Shown here: positions 9,325 to 21,807 of the stretch, piece after piece
Layout of the letters: every line of letters starts with the position of its first letter
Position numbering within the stretch: position 1 is the first letter of the stretch
Virus record (IMG/VR): IMGVR_UViG_2606217109_000004
Reading direction: 5' to 3' (one strand)
Source of the DNA: a virus
Lineage: Duplodnaviria > Heunggongvirae > Uroviricota > Caudoviricetes
DNA length: 37,894 nt
Translations under genes and position numbers: made by a program
The notes under the pieces: generated by a model
Database searches by the model: none
Told to the model about the DNA's origin: nothing
Seen by the model: only the letters and a program-made list of their open reading frames with translations

Positions 9325-9822
9325 ATGAAATCATTAACCCTCTTCAATCAACCAATTCGTATCGGTGAAGATGGCATGATCTGCCTCACTGATATGTGGA
9401 AAGCCAGTGGTAAAAGTGAATCTGAATCGCCTTACCACTACCTGCGAAACAAGCAGACCAAAGAGTTCTTAGCCGAGCTGGAGAAAAACCACGAATCTGT
9501 GGTTTTTACTGAGCGCGGTGTACACGGTGGAACATATGGCGGGAAGTTTGTTGCTTACGATTATGCGGCTTGGTTAAACCCCGGATTTAAATATGCAGCC
9601 TATAAAGTCCTGGATGACTACTTCACCGGAGAACTTCAGCATCGCAACAGCTTAAGTGCACAGCTCAATATGAAGTGTCATGAGTTTGATCAGAAAAAAG
9701 ATATGGCGAGCTTCTGCGGACAAGGGCTGGCGGCATGGCGCTATACGAAGCCAGTGTTGGTCGCTGAGATTAACTCCCTGGCTAACCAGCTGCAGATTAC
9801 GATCCCCGGGCTTCCGGGATGA
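9325..9822 (+). CDS. KilA-N domain protein (putative antirepressor-like or DNA-binding moron)
   Basis: 165-aa ORF whose N-terminal region resembles KilA-N domains (DNA-binding fold); own upstream region after the lysis terminators. Confidence 0.65.
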   Translation: MKSLTLFNQPIRIGEDGMICLTDMWKASGKSESESPYHYLRNKQTKEFLAELEKNHESVVFTERGVHGGTYGGKFVAYDYAAWLNPGFKYAAYKVLDDYFTGELQHRNSLSAQLNMKCHEFDQKKDMASFCGQGLAAWRYTKPVLVAEINSLANQLQITIPGLPG

Positions 9823-10076
9823 GTGATCGTGTCATTGAATGCGCCTCCAGAGCGGGGCGTGACTTCTCAGAGTTCATGAAAGGTGAGAAGGGCATGATGG
9901 AAGCATTGTCCTCGGTGGATGAGTTTGGCGAGCAGCTGCGCCTCAACGGCTGTGTCAATCATCACTTTGTTAGCTACATGATGCGGAACTCGATCATGCA
10001 GGCATTCATGGACATGGCAAAAGCCGAGAGGAAAGAAGAGCGCCGGCGTAAGCGAGCGGAAGCAAAAGCGAAGTAG
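9819..10076 (+). CDS. Hypothetical 85-aa protein translationally coupled to the KilA-N gene
   Basis: ATGA start/stop overlap with the preceding ORF; acidic/helical body with very basic C-terminal tail (RKEERRRKRAEAKAK); no family recognised. Confidence 0.5.
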   Translation: MSDRVIECASRAGRDFSEFMKGEKGMMEALSSVDEFGEQLRLNGCVNHHFVSYMMRNSIMQAFMDMAKAERKEERRRKRAEAKAK

Positions 10077-10362
10077 CCATTACAAAGCCTATCTACGGGT
10101 GGGCTTGATAATGGCTTATACCCTACACGGGATAACTTAACTGATATCCCTTTTAAAGGATAAAGGTATTCAAGCCTGACACATCATGCGCTGTATCGTC
10201 GCCGTATTCCCGTATTAACAGAGACCGTAGCCCGACGGGGAACTCCTTCTGCGCGAGTGTGTGGGAATAATCAAAAACGATGCACACCGGGGTTACCGGG
10301 TACACATATTTCATCATGCCAGCGAGTCCGGTTCTGGCACGGAAGAAACCGGACGTTATGAT

Positions 10363-10773
10363 TTAGTGCGGAAATATTTGTGTAGTGTTCTGAATGTTCT
10401 CAGTAAAGAGTAATGAATTATCAAAGGTATAGTAATACCTTTTGTTTTCGTGGATATTTGTAATCCATCTGAAAACCCCTGCAGTAGCAAGATTTTTCCT
10501 GTATTCGTAAAATGATAACTCTCCTGATTTGAATCCTTTTAAGGTGGCTTCTATAAGGCATTTATTTTTTGAAAATCTTACATTTACAACCTTACCCTGT
10601 CCTTTTATTAAAACCGTATTATCGTTTTCAAGAACAAGATGAATATTCTCTGTAGCTAAATAGTAAATGTAATGTGAGACATTGTGACGTTTTAGTTCAG
10701 AATAAAACCAGTGATAGTTTAAATTATTTCGCACTTTATCGAATATTTGTTTAAAAATGGCAACCTGAGCCAT
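10363..10773 (-). CDS. ybcV: YbcV-like protein (DUF1398 family), AT-rich moron
   Basis: Translation [18 protein letters not shown]...[35 protein letters not shown] resembles DLP12 YbcV; low GC. Confidence 0.7.
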   Translation of the reverse strand: MAQVAIFKQIFDKVRNNLNYHWFYSELKRHNVSHYIYYLATENIHLVLENDNTVLIKGQGKVVNVRFSKNKCLIEATLKGFKSGELSFYEYRKNLATAGVFRWITNIHENKRYYYTFDNSLLFTENIQNTTQIFPH

Positions 10774-10829
10774 TGTAGTACCTTCCATGTGATATGAGGG
10801 GCGTAGTCTGCACGATTATCTAAATTGCT

Positions 10830-11063
10830 TCAATCTGGTCTGATCTGTTTTCTGAGCAATTCAGTAATGTCACTCTTTTCTTTGTTTGCTTCAGGAGAAA
10901 CTCTTTTTTCTGAGCACAGTCTCCGGCGGCAGGCTTCAATGACCCAGGCTGAGAAATTCCCGGACCCTTTTTGATCAAGAGCGATGTTAATTTGTTCAAT
11001 CATTTGGTTAGGAAAGCGGATGTTGCGGATTGTTGTTCTGCGGGTTCTGTTCTTCGTTGACAT
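10830..11063 (-). CDS. ylcI: YlcI-like small protein (DUF3950-type)
   Basis: 77-aa ORF with conserved ...RNIRFPNQMIEQINIALDQKGSGNFSAWVIEACRRRL... resembling DLP12 YlcI. Confidence 0.6.
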   Translation of the reverse strand: MSTKNRTRRTTIRNIRFPNQMIEQINIALDQKGSGNFSAWVIEACRRRLCSEKRVSPEANKEKSDITELLRKQIRPD

Positions 11064-11099
11064 GAGGTTGTCCCGTATTCAGTGTCGCTGATTTGTATT

Positions 11100-11450
11100 G
11101 TCTGAAGTTGTTTTTACGTTAAGTTGATGCAGATCAATTAATATGATACCTGCGTCATAATTGATTATTTGACGTGGTTTGATGGCGTAGATGCACGTTG
11201 TGACATGCAGATGATAATTATTATCATTTTGCGGGTCCTTTCCGGCGATCCGACAGGTTACGGGGCGGCGACCTCGCGGGTTTTCGCTATTTATGAAAAT
11301 TTTCCGGTTTAAGGCGTTTCCGTTCTTCTTCGTTGTAACTTAATGTTTTTATTTAAAATACCCCCTGAAAAGAAAGGAAACGACAGGTGCTGAAAACGAG
11401 CTTTTGGGCCTCTGTCGTTTCCTTTCTCTGTTTTTGGCCGTGGAATGAAC
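11100..11450 (+). other. cos region: cohesive-end site cosN (about 11262-11274, GGGCGGCGACCT) with flanking cosQ and cosB terminase-binding region
   Basis: Sequence ...CCGACAGGTTACG|GGGCGGCGACCT|CGCGGGTTTTCGCTATTTATGAAAATTTTCCGG... matches the lambda cos junction; lies immediately upstream of Nu1. Confidence 0.85.
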
Positions 11451-11451
11451 A

Positions 11452-11971
11452 ATGGAAGTCAACAAAAAGCAGCTGGCTGACATTTTCGGTGCGAGTATCC
11501 GTACCATTCAGAACTGGCAGGAACAGGGAATGCCCGTTCTGCGAGGCGGTGGTAAGGGTAATGAGGTGCTTTATGACTCTGCCGCCGTTATAAGATGGTA
11601 TGCCGAAAGGGATGCTGAAATTGAGAACGAAAAGCTGCGCCGGGAAGTTGAAGAACTGCGGCAGGCCAGCGAGACAGATCTCCAGCCAGGGACTATTGAG
11701 TACGAACGCCATCGACTTACGCGTGCGCAGGCCGACGCACAGGAACTGAAGAATGCCAGAGACTCCGCTGAAGTGGTGGAAACCGCATTCTGTACTTTCG
11801 TGTTGTCGCGGATCGCAGGTGAAATTGCCAGTATTCTCGACGGGATCCCCCTGTCGGTGCAGCGGCGTTTTCCGGAACTGGAAAACCGACATGTTGATTT
11901 CCTGAAACGGGATATCATCAAAGCCATGAACAAAGCAGCCGCGCTGGATGAACTGATACCGGGGTTGCTGA

Positions 11972-11997
<26 letters not shown>
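11452..11997 (+). CDS. nu1: Terminase small subunit Nu1
   Basis: 181-aa translation matches lambda Nu1 (MEVNKKQLADIFGASIRTIQNWQEQGMPV...). Confidence 0.95.
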
Positions 11998-15678
<3,681 letters not shown>

Positions 15679-15698
<20 letters not shown>

Positions 15699-16998
15699 TC
15701 TCCCGCATATTGCCAGCATGGCCTTTAATGAGCCGCTGATGCTTGAACCCGCCTATGCGCGGGTTTTCTTTTGTGCGCTTGCAGGCCAGCTTGGGATCAG
15801 CCGCCTGACGGATGCGGTGTCCGGCGACAGCCTGACTGCCCAGGAGGCACTCGCGACGCTGGCATTATCCGGTGATGATGACGGACCACGACAGGCCCGC
15901 AGTTATCAGGTCATGAACGGCATCGCCGTGCTGCCGGTGTCCGGCACGCTGGTCAGCCGGACGCGGGCGCTGCAGCCGTACTCGGGGATGACCGGTTACA
16001 ACGGCATTATCGCCCGTCTGCAACAGGCTGCCAGCGACCCGATGGTGGACGGCATTCTGCTCGATATGGACACGCCAGGCGGAATGGTGGCGGGGGCATT
16101 TGACTGCGCTGACATCATCGCCCGTGTGCGAGACATAAAACCGGTATGGGCGCTGGCCAACGACATGAACTGCAGTGCAGGTCAGCTGCTTGCCAGTGCC
16201 GCCTCCCGGCGTCTGGTCACGCAGACCGCCCGGACAGGCTCCATCGGCGTCATGATGGCTCACAGTAATTACGGTGCTGCCCTGGAGAAACAGGGTGTGG
16301 AAATCACGCTGATTTACAGCGGCAGCCATAAGGTGGATGGCAATCCCTACAGCCATCTTCCGGATGACGTCCGGGAGACACTGCAGTCCCGGATGGACGC
16401 AACCCGCCAGATGTTTGCGCAGAAGGTGTCGGCATATACCGGCCTGTCTGTGCAGGCTGTGCTGGATACCGAGGCTGCAGTGTACAGCGGTCAGGAGGCC
16501 ATTGATGCCGGACTGGCTGATGAACTTGTTAACAGCACCGATGCGATCACCGTCATGCGTGATGCACTGGATGCGCGTAAATCCCGTCTCTCAGGAGGAC
16601 GAATGACCAAAGAGACTCAATCAACAACTGTTTCAGCCACTGCTTCGCAGACTGACGTTACTGACGTGGTGCCAGCGACGGAGGGCGAAAACGCCAGCGC
16701 GGCGCAGCCGGACGTGAACGCGCAGATCACCGCTGCGGTTGCGGCAGAAAATAGCCGCATTATGGGGATCCTCAACTGTGAGGAGGCTCACGGACGCGAA
16801 GAACAGGCCCGCGTGCTGGCAGAAACCCCCGGTATGACCGTGGAAACGGCCCGCCGCATTCTGGCAGCTGCACCACAGAGTGCACAGGCGCGCAGTGACA
16901 CTGCGCTGGATCGTCTGATGCAGGGGGCACCGGCACCGCTGGCTGCAGGTAACCCGGCATCTGATGCCGTTAACGATTTGCTGAACACACCAGTGTAA
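15679..16998 (+). CDS. C: Head maturation protease / scaffold C
   Basis: Translation from VTAELRNLPHIASMAFNEPLMLEPAYARVFF... matches lambda gpC (439 aa); GTG start overlapping B 3' end. Confidence 0.9.
16393..16998 (+). CDS. nu3: Scaffolding protein Nu3 (in-frame internal start within C)
   Basis: By lambda organisation Nu3 is the C-terminal ~200 codons of the C reading frame; in-frame Met at 16393. Confidence 0.6.
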   Translation: MDATRQMFAQKVSAYTGLSVQAVLDTEAAVYSGQEAIDAGLADELVNSTDAITVMRDALDARKSRLSGGRMTKETQSTTVSATASQTDVTDVVPATEGENASAAQPDVNAQITAAVAAENSRIMGILNCEEAHGREEQARVLAETPGMTVETARRILAAAPQSAQARSDTALDRLMQGAPAPLAAGNPASDAVNDLLNTPV

Positions 16999-17007
16999 GG
17001 GATGTTT

Positions 17008-17340
17008 ATGACGAGCAAAGAAACCTTTACCCATTACCAGCCGCTGGGCAACAGTGACCCGGCACATACGGCAACCGCGCCCGGCGGATTGAGTGCGAAA
17101 GCGCCTGCAATGACCCCGCTGATGCTGGACACCTCCACCCGTAAGCTGGTTGCGTGGGATGGCACCACCGACGGTACTGCCGTTGGCATTCTGGCGGTTG
17201 ATGCTGACCAGACCAGCACCACGCTGACGTTCTACAAGTCCGGCACGTTCCGTTATGAGGATGTGCTCTGGCCGGAGGCTGCCAGCGACGAGACGAAAAA
17301 ACGGACCGCGTTTGCCGGAACGGCAATCAGCATCGTTTAA
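17008..17340 (+). CDS. D: Head decoration protein D
   Basis: Translation [52 protein letters not shown]... matches lambda gpD. Confidence 0.95.
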   Translation: MTSKETFTHYQPLGNSDPAHTATAPGGLSAKAPAMTPLMLDTSTRKLVAWDGTTDGTAVGILAVDADQTSTTLTFYKSGTFRYEDVLWPEAASDETKKRTAFAGTAISIV

Positions 17341-17395
17341 CCTTACCCTTCATCACTAAAGGCCGCCTGTGCGGCTTTTTTTACGGGATTTTTTT

Positions 17396-18421
17396 ATGTC
17401 GATGTACACAACCGCCCAGCTGCTGGCGGCAAATGAGAAGAAATTTAAGTTTGATCCGCTGTTTCTGCGTCTCTTTTTCCGTGAGAGCTATCCCTTCACC
17501 ACGGAGAAAGTCTATCTCTCACAAATTCCGGGACTGGTAAACATGGCGCTGTACGTTTCGCCGATTGTTTCCGGTGAGGTTATCCGCTCCCGTGGCGGCT
17601 CCACCTCTGAATTTACACCGGGATATGTCAAGCCGAAGCATGAGGTGAATCCGCAGATGACCCTGCGTCGCCTGCCGGATGAAGATCCGCAGAATCTGGC
17701 GGACCCGGCTTACCGCCGCCGTCGCATCATCATGCAGAACATGCGAGACGAAGAGCTGGCCATTGCTCAGGTCGAAGAGATGCAGGCAGTTTCTGCTGTG
17801 CTTAAGGGCAAATACACCATGACCGGTGAAGCCTTCGATCCGGTTGAGGTGGATATGGGCCGCAGTGCGGCGAACAACATCACACAGTCCGGTGGTACGG
17901 AGTGGAGCAAGCGTGACAAGTCCACGTATGACCCGACCGACGATATCGAAGCCTATGCGCTGAACGCCAGCGGAGTGGTGAATATCATCGTGTTTGATCC
18001 GAAAGGCTGGGCGCTGTTCCGTTCCTTCAAAGCCGTCAAGGAGAAGCTGGATACCCGTCGCGGCTCTAATTCCGAGCTGGAGACAGCGGTAAAAGACCTG
18101 GGCGAAGCGGTGTCCTATAAGGGGATGTATGGCGATACGGCGATCGTCGTGTATTCCGGACAGTACGTGGAAAACGACGTCAAAAAGAACTTCCTTCCGG
18201 ACAACACGATGGTGCTGGGGAACACTCAGGCACGCGGTCTGCGCACCTATGGCTGCATTCAGGATGCGGACGCACAGCGCGAAGGTATTAACGCCTCTGC
18301 CCGCTACCCGAAAAACTGGGTGACCACCGGCGATCCGGCGCGTGAGTTCACCATGATTCAGTCAGCACCGCTGATGCTGCTGGCTGACCCTGATGCGTTC
18401 GTGTCCGTACAACTGGCGTAA
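17396..18421 (+). CDS. E: Major capsid protein E
   Basis: Translation MSMYTTAQLLAANEKKFKFDPLFLRLFFRESYPFTTEKVYLSQIPGL... matches lambda gpE (341 aa). Confidence 0.95.
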   Translation: MSMYTTAQLLAANEKKFKFDPLFLRLFFRESYPFTTEKVYLSQIPGLVNMALYVSPIVSGEVIRSRGGSTSEFTPGYVKPKHEVNPQMTLRRLPDEDPQNLADPAYRRRRIIMQNMRDEELAIAQVEEMQAVSAVLKGKYTMTGEAFDPVEVDMGRSAANNITQSGGTEWSKRDKSTYDPTDDIEAYALNASGVVNIIVFDPKGWALFRSFKAVKEKLDTRRGSNSELETAVKDLGEAVSYKGMYGDTAIVVYSGQYVENDVKKNFLPDNTMVLGNTQARGLRTYGCIQDADAQREGINASARYPKNWVTTGDPAREFTMIQSAPLMLLADPDAFVSVQLA

Positions 18422-18459
18422 TCATGGCCCTTCGGGGCCATTTTCTCTCTGTGGAGGAG

Positions 18460-18858
18460 TCCATGACGAAAGATGAACTGATTGCCCGTCTTCAGGTGCT
18501 GGGTGAGCAACTGAACCGTGATGTCAGCCTGACGGGGACGAAAGAAGAACTGGTGCTCCGTGTGGCAGAGCTGGAAGAGGAGCTTGATGACACGGATGAC
18601 GCTGCCGGTCAGGACACATCTGTCAGCCCGGAAAATGCGCTGACCGGACATGAAAATGAGGTTGTATCAGCGCAGCCGGATACCGTGACTGATACGGCTG
18701 ATCTGGTCACGGTTGTGGCACTGGTGACGCTGCATACTGATGCACTTCACGCCACGCGGGATGAGGCTGTGGCATTTGTGCTGCCGGGAACGGCGTTCCG
18801 TGTCTCTGCCGGTGTGTCAGCTGAAATGACAGAGCGCGGCCTGGCCAGAATGCAATAA
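18460..18858 (+). CDS. FI: DNA packaging protein FI
   Basis: Translation MTKDELIARLQVLGEQLNRDVSLTGTKEEL... matches lambda gpFI. Confidence 0.9.
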   Translation, partial: SMTKDELIARLQVLGEQLNRDVSLTGTKEELVLRVAELEEELDDTDDAAGQDTSVSPENALTGHENEVVSAQPDTVTDTADLVTVVALVTLHTDALHATRDEAVAFVLPGTAFRVSAGVSAEMTERGLARMQ

Positions 18859-18869
18859 CGGGAGGCGCT

Positions 18870-19223
18870 GTGGCTGATTTCGATAACCTGTTCGATGCTG
18901 CCATTGCCCGCGCCGATGAAACGATACGCGGGTACATGGGAACGTCAGCCACCATGACATCCGGTGAGCAGTCCGGTGCTGTGATACGTGGTGTTTTTGA
19001 TGACCCTGAAAATATCAGCTATGCCGGACAGGGCGTGCGCGTTGAAGGCTCCAGCCCGTCCCTGTTTGTCCGGACTGATGATGTGCGGCAGCTGCGGCGC
19101 GGCGACACGCTGACCATCGGTGAGGAAAACTTCTGGATAGACCGGATTTCGCCGGATGATGGCGGAAGCTGTCATCTCTGGCTTGGGCGGGGCGTACCGC
19201 CTGCCGTTAACCGTCGCCGCTGA
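18870..19223 (+). CDS. FII: Head-tail connector protein FII
   Basis: 117-aa translation matches lambda gpFII; apparent GTG start. Confidence 0.9.
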   Translation: MADFDNLFDAAIARADETIRGYMGTSATMTSGEQSGAVIRGVFDDPENISYAGQGVRVEGSSPSLFVRTDDVRQLRRGDTLTIGEENFWIDRISPDDGGSCHLWLGRGVPPAVNRRR

Positions 19224-19234
19224 AAGGGGGATGT

Positions 19235-19813
19235 ATGGCCATAAAAGGTCTTGAGCAGGCCGTTGAAAACCTCAGTCGTATCAGCAGAGCGGCGGTGCCC
19301 GGTGCCGCCGCAATGGCCATTAACCGCGTTGCTTCATCCGCGATATCGCAGTCGGCGTCACAGGTTGCCCGTGAGACAAAGGTACGCCGGAAACTGGTAA
19401 AGGAAAGGGCCAGGCTGAAAAGGGCCACGGTCAAAAATCCGCAGGCCAGAATCAAGGTTAACCGGGGGGATTTGCCCGTAATAAAGCTGGGTAACGCGCG
19501 GATTGTCCTGTCCCGACGCAGGCGTCGTAAAAAGGGGCAGCGTTCAGCCCTGAAAGGTGGCGGCAGCGTGCTTGTGGTGGGAAACCGTCGTATTCCCGGC
19601 GCGTTTATTCAGCAACTGAAACATGGCCGCTGGCATGTCATGCAGCGTGTGGCCGGGAAAAACCGTTACCCCATTGATGTGGTGAAAATCCCGATGGCGG
19701 TGCCGCTGACCACGGCGTTTAAACAGAATATTGAGCGGATACGGCGTGAGCGTCTTCCGAAAGAGCTGGGCTATGCGCTGCAGCATCAACTGAGAATGGT
19801 AATAAAGCGATGA
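19235..19813 (+). CDS. Z: Tail completion protein Z
   Basis: 192-aa translation matches lambda gpZ. Confidence 0.9.
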   Translation: MAIKGLEQAVENLSRISRAAVPGAAAMAINRVASSAISQSASQVARETKVRRKLVKERARLKRATVKNPQARIKVNRGDLPVIKLGNARIVLSRRRRRKKGQRSALKGGGSVLVVGNRRIPGAFIQQLKHGRWHVMQRVAGKNRYPIDVVKIPMAVPLTTAFKQNIERIRRERLPKELGYALQHQLRMVIKR

Positions 19814-20205
19814 AACATACTGAACTCCGTGCAGCCGTACTGGATGCACTGGAGAAGCATGACACCGGGGCGACGCTTTTTGATGGTCGCCCCGCTGTTT
19901 TTGATGAGGCGGATTTTCCGGCAATTGCCGTTTATCTCACCGGCGCTGAATACACGGGCGAAGAGCTGGACAGTGATACCTGGCAGGCGGAGCTGCATAT
20001 TGAAGTTTTCCTGCCTGCTCAGGTGCCGGATTCAGAGCTGGATGCGTGGATGGAGTCCCGGATTTATCCGGTGATGAGCGATATCCCGGCACTGTCAGAT
20101 TTGATCACCAGTATGGTGGCCAGTGGCTATGACTACCGGCGCGACGATGATGCGGGCCTGTGGAGTTCAGCCGATCTGACTTATGTCATTACCTATGAAA
20201 TGTGA
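19810..20205 (+). CDS. U: Tail terminator protein U
   Basis: 131-aa translation matches lambda gpU. Confidence 0.9.
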   Translation: MKHTELRAAVLDALEKHDTGATLFDGRPAVFDEADFPAIAVYLTGAEYTGEELDSDTWQAELHIEVFLPAQVPDSELDAWMESRIYPVMSDIPALSDLITSMVASGYDYRRDDDAGLWSSADLTYVITYEM

Positions 20206-20212
20206 GGACGCT

Positions 20213-20953
20213 ATGCCTGTACCAAATCCTACAATGCCGGTGAAAGGTGCCGGGACCACCCTGTGGGTTTATAAGGGGAGCGGTGACCCTTATGCGAACC
20301 CGCTTTCAGACGTTGACTGGTCGCGTCTGGCTAAAGTTAAAGACCTGACGCCCGGCGAACTGACCGCTGAGTCCTATGACGACAGCTATCTCGATGATGA
20401 AGATGCGGACTGGACTGCGACCGGGCAGGGGCAGAAATCTGCCGGAGATACCAGCTTCACGCTGGCGTGGATGCCCGGAGAGCAGGGGCAGCAGGCGCTG
20501 CTGGCGTGGTTTAATGAAGGGGATACCCGTGCCTATAAAATCCGCTTCCCGAACGGCACGGTCGATGTGTTCCGCGGCTGGGTCAGCAGTATCGGTAAGG
20601 CGGTGACGGCGAAGGAAGTGATCACCCGCACGGTGAAAGTCACCAACGTGGGACGTCCGTCGATGGCAGAAGATCGCAGCACGGTAACAGCGGCAACCGG
20701 CATGACCGTGACGCCTGCCAGCACTTCGGTGGTGAAAGGGCAGAGCACCACGCTGACCGTGGCATTCCAGCCGGAGGGCGCAACCGACAAGAGCTTCCGT
20801 GCGGTGTCTGCGGATAAAACAAAAGCCACCGTGTCGGTCAGTGGTATGACCATCACCGTGAAAGGTGTTGCTGCAGGCAAGGTCAACATTCCGGTTGTAT
20901 CCGGTAATGGTGAGTTTGCTGCGGTTGCAGAAATTACCGTCACCGCCAGTTAA
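20213..20953 (+). CDS. V: Major tail tube protein V
   Basis: Translation [36 protein letters not shown]... matches lambda gpV including the C-terminal Ig-like domain. Confidence 0.95.
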   Translation: MPVPNPTMPVKGAGTTLWVYKGSGDPYANPLSDVDWSRLAKVKDLTPGELTAESYDDSYLDDEDADWTATGQGQKSAGDTSFTLAWMPGEQGQQALLAWFNEGDTRAYKIRFPNGTVDVFRGWVSSIGKAVTAKEVITRTVKVTNVGRPSMAEDRSTVTAATGMTVTPASTSVVKGQSTTLTVAFQPEGATDKSFRAVSADKTKATVSVSGMTITVKGVAAGKVNIPVVSGNGEFAAVAEITVTAS

Positions 20954-20968
20954 TCCGGAGAGTCAGCG

Positions 20969-21391
20969 ATGTTCCTGAAAACCGAATCATTTGAACATAA
21001 CGGTGTGACCGTCACGCTTTCTGAACTGTCAGCCCTGCAGCGAATTGAGCATCTCGCCCTGCTGAAACGACAGGCAGAACAGGCGGGATCCAGTCTCAAT
21101 CGACAGGTGAGCGTGGAAGATCTCGTCAGAACCGGTGCTTTTCTGGTGGCGATGTCCCTGTGGCATAGCCATCCGCAGAAGACAAAGATGCCGTCCATGA
21201 ATGAAGCCGTTAAACAGATTGAGCAGGAAGTGCTTACCACCTGGCCCACAGAGGCAATTGCTCAGGCTGAAAATGTGGTAATGCGTCTGTCCGGTATGTC
21301 TGAGTTTGTTGTGAATGATGCACCTGAACAGGCAGATGACGCCGGGCCAGCAGAGCCTGTTTCTGCGGGAAAGTGTTCGACGGTGAGCTGA
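20969..21391 (+). CDS. G: Tail assembly chaperone G
   Basis: 140-aa translation matches lambda gpG. Confidence 0.9.
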   Translation: MFLKTESFEHNGVTVTLSELSALQRIEHLALLKRQAEQAGSSLNRQVSVEDLVRTGAFLVAMSLWHSHPQKTKMPSMNEAVKQIEQEVLTTWPTEAIAQAENVVMRLSGMSEFVVNDAPEQADDAGPAEPVSAGKCSTVS

Positions 21392-21807
21392 GTTTTGCCC
21401 TGAAACTGGCGCGTGAGATGGGGCGACCCGACTGGCGCGCCATGCTTGCCGGGATGTCATCCACGGAGTATGCCGACTGGCACCGCTTTTACAGTACCCA
21501 TTATTTTCATGATGTTCTGCTGGATATGCACTTTTCCGGGCTGACGTACACCGTACTCAGCCTGTTTTTCAGCGATCCGGATATGCATCCGCTGGATTTC
21601 AGTCTGCTGAACCGGCGCGAGGCTGACGAAGAGCCTGAAGATGATGTGCTGATGCAGAAAGCGGCAGGGCTTGCCGGAGGCGTCCGCTTTGGCCCGGACG
21701 GGAATGAAGTTATCCCCGCTTCCCCGGATGTGGCGGACATGACGGAGGATGACGTAATGCTGATGACAGTATCAGAAGGGATCGCAGGAGGAGTCCGGTA
21801 TGGCTGA
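21373..21807 (+). CDS. T: Tail assembly protein T reading frame (expressed as G-T fusion by programmed -1 frameshift)
   Basis: ORF in the -1 frame relative to G, overlapping its 3' end; slippery heptamer GGGAAAG at about 21368-21374. Confidence 0.85.
   Translation: MFDGELSFALKLAREMGRPDWRAMLAGMSSTEYADWHRFYSTHYFHDVLLDMHFSGLTYTVLSLFFSDPDMHPLDFSLLNRREADEEPEDDVLMQKAAGLAGGVRFGPDGNEVIPASPDVADMTEDDVMLMTVSEGIAGGVRYG

Noticed and set aside
10128-10150. Short inverted repeat GGGATA-N10-TATCCC between the 85-aa ORF and ybcV, considered as an operator
   Set aside because: Only 6-bp arms in AT-rich DNA; too weak to call without comparative or binding data.
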